From: Podarcis cretensis
Taxonomy: Eukaryota
NCBI GenBank assembly: GCA_951804945.1
Contig: OX638149.1
Coordinates: forward strand, 60,884,001 to 60,948,000
Reading direction: 5' to 3'
Length of the DNA stretch: 64,000 bases
Part shown: one piece after another, positions 13,915-26,291 of the stretch
How the letters are laid out: every line of letters starts with the position of its first letter
How positions within the stretch are numbered: the first letter of the stretch is position 1
Program-made: the position numbers and the translations under genes
Notes under the pieces: model-generated
Told to the model about the DNA's origin: nothing
Seen by the model: the letters and a program-made list of their open reading frames with translations, nothing else
Database searches by the model: none

Positions 13915-15376
13915 AATCATAGAATAGAGTCATAGAATCATAGAGTTGGAAGAGACCACAAGGGCCATCGAGTCCAACCCCCTGCCAAGCAGGAAACACC
14001 ATCAGAGCACTCCTGACATATGGTTGTCAAGCCTCTGCTTAAAGACCTCCAAAGAAGGAGACTCCACCACACTCCTTGGCAGCAAATTCCACTGTCGAAC
14101 AGCTCTTACTGTCAGGAAGTTCTTCCTAATGTTTAGGTGGAATCTTCTTTCTTGTAGTTTGGAGCCATTACTCCGTGTCCGCTTCTCTGGAGCAGCAGAA
14201 AACAACCTTTCTCCCTCCTCTATGTGACATCCTTTTATATATTTGAACATGGCTATCATATCACCCCTTAACCTCCTCTTCTCCAGGCTAAACATACCCA
14301 GCTCCCTTAGCCGTTCCTCATAAGGCATCGTTTCCAGGCCTTTGACCATTTTGGTTGCCCTCCTCTGGACACGTTCCAGTTTGTCAGTGTCCTTCTTGAA
14401 CTGTGGTGCCCAGAACTGGACACAGTACTCCAGGTGAGGTCTGACCAGAGCAGAATACAGTGGCACTATTACTTCCCTTGATCTAGATGCTATACTCCTA
14501 TTGATGCAGCCCAGAATTGCATTGGCTTTTTTAGCAGCCGCGTCACACTGTTGGCTCATGTCAAGTTTGTGGTCAACCAAGACTCCTAGATCATTTTCAC
14601 ATGTACTGCTCTCAAGCCAGGTGTCACCCATCTTGTATTTGTGCCTCTCATTTTTTTTGCCCAAGTGCAATGCTTTACATTTCTCCCTGTTAAAATTCAT
14701 CTTGTTTATTTTGGCCCAGTTCTCTAATCTGTCAAGGTTGTTTTGAAGTGTGATCCTGTCCTCTGGGGTGTTAGCCACCCCTCCCAGTTTGGTGTCATCT
14801 GCAAATTTGATCAGGATGCCCTTGAGTCCATCATCCAAGTCGTTGATAAAGATGTTGAATAAGACCAGGCCCAAGACAGAACCCTGTGGCACCCCACTAG
14901 TCACTCTTCTCCAGGATGAAGAGGAACCATTGATGAGCACCCTTTGGGTTCGGTCAGTCAGCCAGTTACAAATCCACTGAGTGGTAGCATAGTCAAGACC
15001 GCATTTTACCAGCTTCTTTACAAGAATATCATGGGGCACCTTGTCAAATGCCTTGCTGAAATCAAGGTAGGCTACATCCACTGCGTTCCCTTCATCTACC
15101 AGTCTTGTAATTCTGTCAAAAAACGAGATCAGGTTAGTCTGACATGACTTATTTTTCAGAAATCCATGCTGACTATTGGTGATCACAGTATTCTTTTCTA
15201 GGTGCTCACAGACTGTTTGCTTAATGATCTGCTCCAGAATCTTCCCTGGTATTGATGTCAGACTGACTGGGCAGTAATTATTTGGGTCCTCTCTTTCCCC
15301 CTTTTTGAAAATAGGGACAACATTTGCCCTCCTCCAGTCTGCCGGGACTTCGCCTGTTCTCCAGGAATTCTCAAAG
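13915..15376 (-). mobile_element. CR1 LINE, 5'-truncated, young copy with open RT frame and (TTCTATGA)-like 3' tail
   Basis: ORF 14002-15375 encodes [14 protein letters not shown]...[11 protein letters not shown]...[10 protein letters not shown]...[10 protein letters not shown]...[11 protein letters not shown]...WNLLP with no stops. Tail gaatcatag repeats at 13915-13943. Confidence 0.97.
14002..15375 (-). pseudogene. CR1 ORF2 C-terminal part (reverse transcriptase), lacking the endonuclease and a native start
   Basis: RT motifs are present. The first ~30 aa of the track ORF (15376-15468) come from unrelated flanking sequence. Confidence 0.9.
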
Positions 15377-15539
15377 GGATGGGAGGATACAAAGATTATG
15401 TCTAGGTTCACCACGGCTGCCATTGGGTCACCATCCAGAGGTTGACCAGATGCACAATTCCATCTCATCCAGGGAAGGGAATGCTACCAGTTGATGGAAA
15501 CCACAGGAGGGGAAAGTGCTCTTGTGCTCGAATCCTGCT

Positions 15540-15640
15540 AGCTGGTTTCTCATAGGCAACTGTTCAGCCATTGTGAGAACAGGATGCTGGACTAGATGGG
15601 CCATTGGCCTGATCCAGCAGGCTCTTGTTATGCTCTTAAA
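15540..15640 (+). mobile_element. CR1 3'UTR fragment
   Basis: gtgagaacaggatgctggactagatgggccattggcctgatccagcaggctcttgttatgctctta, the reverse complement of the 1081 element end. Confidence 0.7.
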
Positions 15641-15927
15641 TAGTTATTTAGATTATGGTACGTCTGCACTAACGGCACAGGTAAATGACCTTACACCAAC
15701 GATAACATACCATGGAGACAATGGTTCTAATCTGTTTGCAAACACGCCATTTCCATTATCTTCTAGCCAGCCAATCCATAAAAGCCGAAGCATCTAGGAC
15801 TGTCACTGGATTCAAGGCTTTCTTCCTAAATCAATGGAAGGGGCTGGTGTCAGCTCCCAAAGGTAAACTTTTGGAAGTTTTCGCAGGGCCTTTATTAGGC
15901 CTTTAAAGTGTTTGGGAAATGGATATA

Positions 15928-16167
15928 CAGTGGTACCTCGGGTTAAGAACTTAATTCGTTCTGGAGGTCCGTTCTTAATCTGAAACTGTTCTTAACCTGA
16001 GGTACCACTTTAGCTAATGGGGCCTCTCACTGCTGCTGTGCTACCGCCACGCAATTTCTGTTCTCATCCTGAAGCAAAGTTCTTAACCCGAGGTACTATT
16101 TCTGTTAGCGGAGTCTGTAACCTGAAACATCTGTAACCTGAAGCATCTGTAACCTAAGGTACCACTG
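15928..16167. mobile_element. Tc1/mariner MITE, family A
   Basis: TA|cagtggtacctcgggtta...taacctaaggtaccactg|TA. Confidence 0.92.
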
Positions 16168-18049
16168 TACAGATGAATATAACTGAAAAGAGGTGGCATA
16201 AACTATGGTTATCTAGACTGTATTGGTCAGCTTCAGCATACAGAAGGGAGAGTACATTCAAAGTCACCCACAGGGGCACTGCACAGTGGTGCAACTTTCC
16301 CGAATGACATCAGGGACTCTCACCAAATTGCTGATGCTGATGTAGAGGTAAAGGTATATTCCACCATTTATGGTGGGAATGCCCAAATGTTGGTCTGATG
16401 TCTATAAAGAAATATCTAATGTCTGTAAAACTGATTGCTGTGTTGTATTTATGGGATGGGCTTGTGGGTATTCCATTCACGAAGGATTTAGTAACATAGA
16501 TGCTGACTGAAACTCATATTTCAATTGCATGAAAATGGAAAGGCATAAAGGATTAGCAAATCATGCTCTGGTATAAGAATGAGTGGGCAACTGTAATTAA
16601 ATATATATATATACAAATCATTTAAAAGTTTCCACTGGCACAGACAACCCAGAACACTTTTAAGCCATTTGGTGGGACTTCATGCACAAGCTGGACCCAG
16701 TGCACAAACTTACCTGTCTGCATTGATGGGAGAAATTTGGCATATCAAAGGTTGTTATCTGCACTGCTCCTGTAATTGTCAGCTTTGTATATACAGTGTT
16801 AGTTTCTTATTAGTGCTAATGTGTCTCAGTTCTGCTCAGAGTGGCTCCATTGAAATTAATGGATCCAAGTTAGTCATGTCTGTTTCAATGGGTTTACTCT
16901 GGTTGGAGCTAGCATTGAATACAATTTATTGAGCTCAATGGGACTTAGTTTATTTTTTATTTTATTTTATTTTATTTAAAAAAACAGTAGATAACTAAAT
17001 CCTAGGGCCATTTGTCACACAAACTGCATTCCATGAGATTTATGGCATATCAAATATTTGTTTTGCCAATGTGGGAATTTGCTGCCATGGCTCAGGATGA
17101 GTCTTGCATGCCTTGCTACTCTGTTATGTAACACCATAGTCTGCGATTAGGAAATTTCATGGAGCTCTATTGTTCATTTTCTTATCTGAATGGTATTTTT
17201 TAATGCAAGTACATATGCTTCTCTGCCAGAAAATCAAGGTCAGACAGAGACAACAGCTACAAATCAGACAGAGTATCTTCTGTGCCAGACATTGGGAAAG
17301 GGATTCTAAGCAAGGTTTGGATATCAAACCATTCATGGATGACTATCGAAACCAAAATATGTGACATTATAAGTTTCTCAACCTGAACTGGCTTGCAATT
17401 CATTTCTGGGTCCAATTCATAGTCCTGGTCTTGACCTATAAAGTCCTATCTCAGTACCGAATGGTACCTAACCATACCCCAAAATCATCATCAGAGACTA
17501 TTCTCCAAGTGCCCCCTAAATCACTGTATTTTCAATGCCAAGCAACTACTTCTTCTTTTTTGTGCCTTTCAATATTTTAAAAATCATTTTAACATCTTTT
17601 TTGTCTCTGACAAATTGATGGAGCAAGGAAGATCTGCTGTTGCTGCTCTCTTTAATTGTTTGTTGCTTCTTTTAATTATTATATATAGTATTTTATTTTA
17701 TTTTTATTATTTTATTTTTTGGTAGGGAGCCACCCTGAAGATATTTTTTGATGGGCACAACTCACTTGTGAGGCAGGTATGTGGTTGTCTTTTTTTTCTG
17801 AATCAAGGGGGAAATGATAGAACTCTCTAGGGTAAGTCTAACCTAGAGAAAGAAATGCCCTTGGGGAATAAGGGAAGGAGAGTATCAGACAGCTCTGAGT
17901 GAGCCCTGAGAAACAGGCTAAGAAGGCAAAAGTAGGAGCCGCCTTGAGTCTCTGTCAGGGAAAAGGCAGAGAATAAGAATAAGAATAACAGGAGTAGGGC
18001 CAATTCAAAAACTGTAACTAGGGCAGAGAATCTTAGAAGATGAAGAACC

Positions 18050-18216
18050 ATTTAGCACAGCAGTTAAATCACCTGCTTTGCATGCAAAAGGTTGCAGGTT
18101 CAGTCTCCACTATCTGCAGGTAGAACTAAAATATACCCTCACCTGAAACCCAGTACAGCACTGCCAGCTGAGCTAGATGAACCTATGGTGTAACTCAGTA
18201 TAAGACAGCTTCCTAT
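18050..18216 (+). mobile_element. Degraded copy of the same tRNA SINE
   Basis: ctgctttgcatgcaaaagg...caggttcagtctcc...ctgagctagatgaacc...tataagacagcttcctat. Confidence 0.6.
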
Positions 18217-18231
18217 CTTTTCCTCTTAGGC

Positions 18232-18364
18232 CAGGCACGGGCAAACTTGGCCCTCCAGATGTTTTGAGACAATTCCCATCATCCCTAAACACTGGTCCTG
18301 TTAGCTAGGGATGATGGGAGTTGTAGTCCCAAAACACCTGGAGGGCCGAGTTTGCCTATGCCTG
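18232..18364. mobile_element. Palindromic hAT MITE with a perfect 8-bp TSD
   Basis: caggcacgggcaaacttggccctccagatgtttt...aaaacacctggagggccgagtttgcctatgcctg, with TCTTAGGC at 18224-18231 and 18365-18372. Confidence 0.9.
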
Positions 18365-18945
18365 TCTTAGGCAGTCAATGACCAGAACCTTATTCATGAG
18401 TTACTCATGTGTAGGGCCTTGCTATGTTGACAGAGAAACAGGGCTGCAATTTTAGGCCCCCCAATATGTCACTACACCTTTCTGTAAGAAATGGATGTTG
18501 CTCTTGGTGGTCTGCAAAGAATATCCAGCAGGCTCTGCATCATGGCAGCATCCATGCAGTGGACATCTGTGGATGCATACTGGCAACATCTATCAAATAT
18601 ATAGATGATAAAGCTCTGCATGCAGAAAATCCCAGATCTTAGCACCGGCATATCAAAGGATCTAACAGCAAAATCCTAACCATGTCTACTCAGAAAGGAG
18701 CCTTGTTGAATTCAATGTATCAGTTTTCCAGAGATTGATATTTTAGTTTTAGTTAGCAGAACTGGGCAAGACCTTTGCCCTAAAGACTTGGGGAGCCATT
18801 GCAGGTCAGAATAAGCAGTCCTGGGCTGGATGGACCAATGGTTTAACTCAGACCAAGATCACTTCATTGGTATTGTACCACTTAGTCAACTTCTGAATCC
18901 CTGCAAATGAGGAAGGAAAAGAAGTATATACAGCAAGCCAAGCCA

Positions 18946-18951
18946 TTTATT
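18946..18951 (-). terminator. Candidate SMIM38 poly(A) signal AATAAA
   Basis: tttatt on the plus strand about 600 nt past the stop, with U/GU-rich sequence downstream on the minus strand. Confidence 0.35.
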
Positions 18952-19556
18952 CACAGTCACTATTGAGGTTCATTTTAATTAAACAGTTTTCGAGTGGCAT
19001 GTCTTCAAAGCCCAGATCCATTTAGAATGTTGAGATCTAAACAATCACTTCCAAACATGTCCATCTTGTTTTTTTAGAAGCAACTATTTACATCAGTGCT
19101 TCAGAGGGATGCTGATCATCCTGATTCAAGTTGGTATGGGTGAGTCTTTGCATATAGGCAGCTGTTGTAGACTCAGGCAGCAGGTCAGCAACTTGTGCAA
19201 CAGGAAGGAAGTCATCTCACTTTGTCAAGACAGTGGAATTGTCCAATTGGCTGCCTGGATTCAATAAGATTGCATTCAGCCTATCCAAATACTTAGGAGG
19301 CAAATGGCTACAGGTCTGTTCCAGCAACAACTTCATGAACACCAGTTGACTGGACTACTTTGCAATTCACGGCTTATTATAATCTAGGCCTATTTAAACA
19401 AATGGACCCTAAACTCAGTTGACCCTATGAAGAAAAGAATCATTAACTAGCCCCTTTGAAAAGTTTTTTAAAAAAAAAAAAAAAAAAAGAGTGTCCTGTT
19501 CTATGACATTGTCCAGTAAGGCACCATTTGTTCATTGAAAATGCATATGAGCTCTT

Positions 19557-19688
19557 TCAAGAGTCCTTCCTCTTTTCAGGAAACCTACGGGACAGTTTGT
19601 AATCTAAATAAGCGCTGAAACAGGACCATAAAATGAATCGCGTTAATATAATTACAACCACTAAAATCATCAAAGGGCCTGATCCCAT
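19557..19688 (-). CDS. SMIM38: Small integral membrane protein 38 ortholog, 43 aa: MGSGPLMILVVVIILTRFILWSCFSAYLDYKLSRRFPEKRKDS*
   Basis: ATG at 19688 in strong context (A at -3, G at +4), TGA at 19559-19557. One hydrophobic helix plus a basic tail. The motif R-x-ILWSC-x3-Y(L/I)DY(K/R)L matches recalled human SMIM38, and the position downstream of and co-oriented with TPCN2 matches human synteny. Confidence 0.9.
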   Translation of the reverse strand: MGSGPLMILVVVIILTRFILWSCFSAYLDYKLSRRFPEKRKDS

Positions 19689-19695
19689 ATTTAAG

Positions 19696-19730
19696 CTATA
19701 ATAATGAGGTAACGGGGTAGGGGGAGGGAT
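19696..19730 (-). promoter_or_regulatory. Probable 3' splice site just upstream of the SMIM38 start codon
   Basis: Minus strand: atccctccccctaccccgttacctcattattatag|cttaaatATG, a pyrimidine-rich tract with AG 7 nt before the ATG. Confidence 0.5.
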
Positions 19731-20033
19731 ACTAATCCTACTACTATCACTGCTCTGGGAGATCTAATTATATAATGTCGTATTCAGGGCTGTGTGGCGG
19801 ATGGAGCCATTCCTGTAACATTCCAATCAAAGTGATCTCACTAGCATGTGAAGGAAGAGTCCAGCTGACAGATTTGGGACATGTACTATTTAGTCAAGAG
19901 GCCCCATGTACTATTCATAAAGAATTAACAACTCTTATATTGACAATGACATTATTGTCAGAAGGTCTTTGGAAGGGGAAGAAGGGGGGGGGAGCCTCCA
20001 TAAACTCTCTCTCACACACCCTGTGAAGTTAGA

Positions 20034-20036
<3 letters not shown>

Positions 20037-20082
<46 letters not shown>
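20037..20082. repeat. (CT)n microsatellite upstream of SMIM38
   Basis: Read directly. Confidence 0.97.
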
Positions 20083-20084
<2 letters not shown>

Positions 20085-21043
20085 GCCTCTTTTTTCCCAA
20101 TGCTGATGTAATCTCCAAACATCTCCAACAGCAGCTGCTTAGCGAAACCGGGCACCTTCTCCCTAGTCTTTTTCAGAAGCACACGCGGCACTTTCCAGTC
20201 CCCTCAAGACAATTGGGGCCTTTCTTTTGCCAATTAGCTATCACTTCAAGAGCCCCCGCGCTGTCCAACGGGCTCTTTGCAGGAAACAACACTGGAGGGG
20301 CTTTTTCTTTTCCTTTCCTAGACAAATTAAAAAGGAAAAAGGAGGGAGGGAGAAGAAGGGGGAAAGCAAATCAGAGCACAGAAACTTCCCAAAATGCATT
20401 GCTCATCAATTAGTCCAGGGCCGCATGCAAAAGCACCCATGAGAGTCAATCTCATAGCGAGGAAGAAGGCGGCCGGTGGTGGTGTGGTGGGGAGGGAAAT
20501 GCTCACTTTCTCTTTGGGAGACTGTTTCGGTCAGTATGTTAAGCAGATGTGACAGAAAAGACTGTTTGTTATAGCAAAGCTCAGAGTTACAAAAACTGTA
20601 CAAGAAAAGGAGTTCTTGGAAGGCTGGTCTTTGCTTCTCTGTGTTAGGGGCATTGTTATTTGTAGCAAAGTGAAATAGGAAAACGAAGCTTTGTGGGGCT
20701 TGATTTTGCTAACTATTGGTGAAGATAAATAGGAGGGGGACTTTGCAAAAGCCCTACTGTAGACCAGTGCAAATGAGACTCAGCTACTGTGCTTTCAAGA
20801 AAATAAAACAGGTTGGGTTCATGGGAAACTAGATATTGAGGCAGAGGCAGACTGAACCGTAGTTATTGCCTTAGTTGGTCTGCCATGGTAGGGTATGATA
20901 CAGCTACTTGGCCCATTGAAGTTTCAATTCCTTGAAAGCAATGGAGCTGAGGGATACGACTTTGGTTTATTGTAGTCCTCTACTCCAAACAAGGTGCCTT
21001 TTGGTCCCTGTCAGGACCAAAGGTCACTAGTTACCTAACTCTG

Positions 21044-21047
<4 letters not shown>

Positions 21048-21084
<37 letters not shown>
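21048..21084. repeat. (TA)n microsatellite
   Basis: Read directly. Confidence 0.97.
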
Positions 21085-21086
<2 letters not shown>

Positions 21087-24000
21087 TTATAAAAATTGCC
21101 CTTACATCAGGGATGGAGAACCTTCAGAAGTTGCAGGAGTGCAATTGCTGTCAGCTTTGATCATTGGCCATGCTGACTGGAGACTCTGCTCGCTGGGACT
21201 GATGGGAGTCCAATGGCTTACCTTGAGGGATACAGGTTTCTCATCCCTGCATTAAAACATATGGTTGGAGTAAATCTTTTCTTCACATATTGACCAAACT
21301 CATAACCAAACTCATAAACTGAGGTCAAGTCGGCTGGGCCTGTTGTTTACACTGTCATTTTGACAGGTTCAGATATCATCAGCTAAAGACTGAGCATTTT
21401 AACTGGAGCCCCAAGCCATGAAACCTCCCAGGCCCGTGTAGAGCTTGTCTGAGGACCAGTACAGGGGTCTTGTTTTAATAAAGTTATAAACGCAAACAAA
21501 AAAGCAGAGGGTCTCTGATGGGACCCCCTGGCCAGCTTAACCCTCCAAGGCCTGGGGCAAGTGTACCCAGCTGCCCGTCCCGTCCCATTCTCGCCCCCCG
21601 CACAGGCCTGGAGCTTCTCAAGAGGTAAGGAAGATTCATCTCCACTGCCCTTTCACATGGGTTGTAAATCCTCTCAGTTTCATCAAGGTTTCCAAAGAAG
21701 TTGTATTCATTTTGGTGTTTCGTTTCATATGCAATATGTACTGGTTTCAAATAATGTTTTGGTCTTGGCAATTTTGGGTGGTTGTAACTGCTTTGAGTTT
21801 AAGAAGCATGGGATCAAATTATAAATAAATCATATTTATTTACATATACAATTTTATTACTCAGATCTCTACAATAAAGTTTCAGAATGATGTAACATAC
21901 AAGAAAAAAAGTCAATACATATTACAATTTTATGGAAGTACAATAATCTATAGCCACCAGTCCAGTACTAGTCACACTTTAGCAGTACTTAGAAAACTCA
22001 TTTATAAAAGGTTCTAATTCATCCTGTCCCAAAAGGAACTAGTTCAAGTTAAAGCTCGTACTTTTATAAAACAAACTAGTTTGGTTCAAGTTCATCCAAA
22101 TGGACTTTTTAGTTCATGAAAGACTAATTCTTTGGAGGTGGGAAATCAGCATTCAGAATATGATACACTGAAGTATAGGGTCCAAAAGTAAATCAGGGGC
22201 TACACACAAGTAATAAGATGTCTAAAAGACAGAATTGTCTTTCCCCATAATTTTATTTCTATCTTGGAAAAGGCTTACCTGTTTAATTTCTGCCTGCTAC
22301 ACAGCAGGCACAAGACAGCGTTCACTTTGTTATTTTACCTGTACTTCACACTGCAAGCTTCCCCTGTTGGAAGAAAATGAATCTCTTCAGCAGAGAAGAT
22401 ACTGGAAATGCCTCATATTCCTTCTTTCTTTGCTTAGCAACAGTGATTTTGGTGACTGAGTGACCATAGCAACAGCAATACCTCCATATCTGCCTAATAA
22501 GACACATAATGTTGCCTCCATGTTTTGTTTTCTAACTTTCAACTGACACTTAAAAAAATATATATGAAAGCTTCCAGGCCTCCTACTGGAGGCAAGGGGT
22601 GGAAAAGGGGAATGAACATGAAGATTAACTAGAAACCATTCAAAGTTCCACCCCAAAATAATCCTTAATTCATCTTTAACTCATCCAGCAATAATGGGAA
22701 CTATTTTCAGGTGTAGTTCAGAGATTTTTGAACTAGTTCAGTGAACTTCATTAAACCAAACAGGTTTATTCCAACCGCTGCACTTTAGTCTATATCTAAC
22801 CCAGAATGAGGGTACTTAAGCCAACAGAGTTATGCAAACTTAATTCTGGGTTCGATTTAAGCCTCTGTTTTGTGTGGCTAGTGGCCCAGTTGAGGGGAAG
22901 GGGATCCCTAGATGCAATAAACACAACAAACACATTGTGCTTAATGGGGATCAGATGAGAATTGTATTAGTTCTCTATTTCTGTGTCAGGATAAATTCTT
23001 CTTATAACATATCAGTGTTGACCTCATTATTCACAATTATCCTGGGGGACGGATTATAACAGGTAGCGTTTTACAGTAATGGATCAAGTTACTTTTCTGG
23101 GGGGGGGTATATTCTATGGCTTTTGCACCACAGTCCCATGCATGTCTACGCAGAAGAAAATCTCATTAAGTACAATGGATTTCCTCCCAAGTGTATAGGG
23201 TTGCAACCTTAATGTCCAGCATTGACTTTTGCCTCACACCTCCCTCTTCTGGAATTGAAGATCCTTCCTCTGCTTCACCATAAGAAAGAAATATTCCCAA
23301 TATACTATGGTAATTTTAGCTCCGTGTATGAGATGGGAAATGCACACACTGGGAGATTCATGGGATGGGAAGCCCCATGCTGTACATCTTTGTCCAGATC
23401 CAGTAAGGCAGATCCGCGTGCACAGCTGATTTGAATGTGTATCTTCATCTGGATGGACTGTGAACATTATTATGCTTATCCTATCGAACTGGCTGAGTGC
23501 ATCTTTTGATGCAAATGGGGCTGCATGTCGCCCCCATTCCAGACCACCAGTTGTTATGTATAACTAGATCTCCTTGACTACAATGGGACTGTGGTCAATG
23601 TATGTCGTATACACCTCTGTGAAAAATGGTGATATACTCATAACTAATATATTGTCATAGTATCTTGATTATATGCTTTTTTTAAAAAAAATAACAACCA
23701 GATTCAGTATTTTTGATCTTCATGACCTTGCATTCAGGAGGAAGATACTTGAACAACTAATCAGAAAAATAATAATTACATTTTAGGTGGCCTTCAATTT
23801 GCAAACAAAAATTACTGACATTCAATATCAACAGTAAACAAGGATTATGTTCGGTATCAACTGCAATAGGTTCTAGTCCGTAAAATTGTGTGTGTGTGTG
23901 TGTTACAAATTTATTTTCCTTCTTTGTATTGAAATACTTACATTCTGCCTTTCCGCCTCATTTAAATTACCTTCAGGGTGCTTACAGCTCATAAGAAAAT

Positions 24001-25639
24001 GACAATTAAAACATCCTAACCATCACCACAAGCTAACCACTATAGGAAATAAATAACGTATGAAGATGGTGAAAATTATATCTTAACACAAAATTAAAAG
24101 AATAAGGAAATAGGATACTTAACTTACTCTTATTAGTCTCATATTCAGAGAGGGTGGAAAAGGCAGCAACACAAACCTAGCAAGGGCCTTTTGACTAATA
24201 CAGAGGTCTCGAAGTTTTCTTTTAAAGATTTTTTAAATTAAAAAAACCCAGAGATCACCAGTGCTTATCCCTTAGCATCACAGGTTTCCTACATTTATCA
24301 GACTGGAAAGGTAAAGGCATCTCTTTTCAATGTATTTACCTAAGGTCCCACAATTCCCTGTACAATGAAGTGAAAACAATACAGCCTTTTAGAGGAGTCC
24401 TGTTAAAAGCCAAATCAAGGAGTTTTATCTTTAAAGGGCTAAATCTGAAATGTTGACAAAGTAAACAACTGTTTCAAGACCTTGTGATTGTATGCATGCT
24501 CCAAGTTCTTTCAATGTTACATTGTGCCGAGAAGGACACAAACCACATGCCTCTTACTTACTCTTCGGCAACGAAAAATGTCACAAAAGTACTGAGAGAA
24601 CAGGGAAGCATTGATAGAAACTAGAGGAGAAACTATGCAAGAGTAGCTTCCCCCTCAACCTCAGATTAAAAAAAAGAGTTCATTTTAATATCGTCCTTGC
24701 ATTTTAATCAAATTTGCATCATATTGTGTGGGATGCTGATCAAACCTGTGACATCAATTCTGAGCTGGTGTGGTGGCAAGGACTGTTCAGTTGCTTCAGG
24801 AGTGCATCAGCCTTCATTCCATTTATTTCTGTGAAGGAAGGGAATGCTGTCAAGATGGCTGGGATTAAAGTCCCCCAGTGAGGGAGGCTGAGGACTGAGA
24901 GGTGGTCCCGGGATGTAGCAAAGCTAAGGGACAGGAAACCTAGAATTAAGAAGGTTGAAGGGAAATTACAGAGCAGGCAAAGGACTTAGAGGGACATGAA
25001 GGAATAGTAGCTTGCTTGAGAGAAAAGACAGCAGGGACTGGAAATGAAAAATGGGACTAATCAGAGAAGGAGTCACAGCATTCAGTTTCAAAGCATTTAA
25101 GGTTGAGGGAGCTATATGCTTTGATGGGAAAAGAAAAGCATACTAGGAAGGCTGGTCAAGATATAGAGTGACTAATTGCTACATCCAGACTATGCCAAGG
25201 GATTCTTCTTGTTGTGGGTTGGCCAGTATAACTGTCAAAAAGCAGGGGGGCGGGAAGGCAAATATTATTTGAACTAATCAGCCAATTATCTCACAGTAGA
25301 CGTCTAGCACTTACTTGACTATGGAATAAAACATTTTAATAGAATGCCCAGGTGCCATGTACTAGAATTCCAAAAACTAATTTGGAACCGGTTCTGAGTT
25401 TGAAGAGGTATTTTAATAGGCCTCAGACCCAGAGTTGGTTTTCAACATGACAGGCACCAGAAGGTAGTCCACCTGGCTGTTGGCCCATAAAGGTAGGAGT
25501 GGTGACAGAGGAGAAGAGACCTCAGATGCAGCTCTTTGCCCTCATACCTACAGGGTGAAAAGGGGAGTATTGAAAGGGGGAGGAGGAAGGGGAAACAATT
25601 TTGGGAAGGGAACAATTTGGGAGTCAAAATGGGAAAGGG

Positions 25640-25890
25640 TTGCATTCTTCAGTAGCTGCAACTTCAAAACCAGTGTAAGGGGAGCCCCACATAGATCACA
25701 TTGCAATGATCCTCGTTACAAGGTGACCTGGGCATGGGGCACTGTAGCAAAGTTATCTCTATCCAGCAACAGTCAGAGCTGGCATACCAGCCAAAGCCGA
25801 TAAAAACCAATCCAGTGGCAATGATAGATGAAGGCATACTCCCAGCCTATATACCTGTTTCTTCAGAGGAGTGCAACGCCATCCAGTGTG
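25640..25890 (-). mobile_element. Old L2 remnant
   Basis: gcattcttcagtagctgcaacttc...cattgcaatgatcc...ggagtgcaacgccatccag resembles the 63.2-63.6 kb remnant. Confidence 0.5.
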
Positions 25891-26001
25891 GGAGATTATA
25901 GTCAAATCCAACAATGCATTTTCTTGCTTTTTAGTATGTTTTGGTGCTGATGACCACAGAGCTGTATTGCTGTTGGCAGAGACTCAGACCATAGAAATGT
26001 A

Positions 26002-26166
26002 CTGTATTTTTCGCTCTATAACACGCACCCGACCATAACACGCATGTAGTTTTTAGAGGAGGAAAATCCGTAGGCATGCCACCCGTAGGCATTCCCTCCA
26101 TAACACGCACAGACATTTCCCCTTACTTTTTAGGAGGAAAAAAGTGTTATGGTGCAAAAAATACGG
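26002..26166. mobile_element. Tc1/mariner MITE, family B (short copy)
   Basis: TA|ctgtatttttcgctctataacacgcac...ttatggtgcaaaaaatacgg|TA. Confidence 0.85.
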
Positions 26167-26238
26167 TAATTGATAGAGAGGGTTCTATGTGATATCATTT
26201 CCCCATGTCTCTTGAGTAGGAAGAATCAAAGAAGTATT

Positions 26239-26242
<4 letters not shown>

Positions 26243-26290
<48 letters not shown>
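26243..26290. repeat. (CT)n microsatellite
   Basis: Read directly. Confidence 0.95.

Positions 26291-26291
<1 letters not shown>

Noticed and set aside
14002-15468. 488-aa ORF as a host gene or a novel RT-based system
   Set aside because: It is ordinary CR1 ORF2 with a CR1 tail. The ATG comes from flanking DNA and the endonuclease is missing.
1-19000. MYEOV or CCND1 exons expected from human synteny
   Set aside because: No recognisable coding exons. MYEOV is considered a primate-specific ORF and CCND1 presumably lies outside the window.
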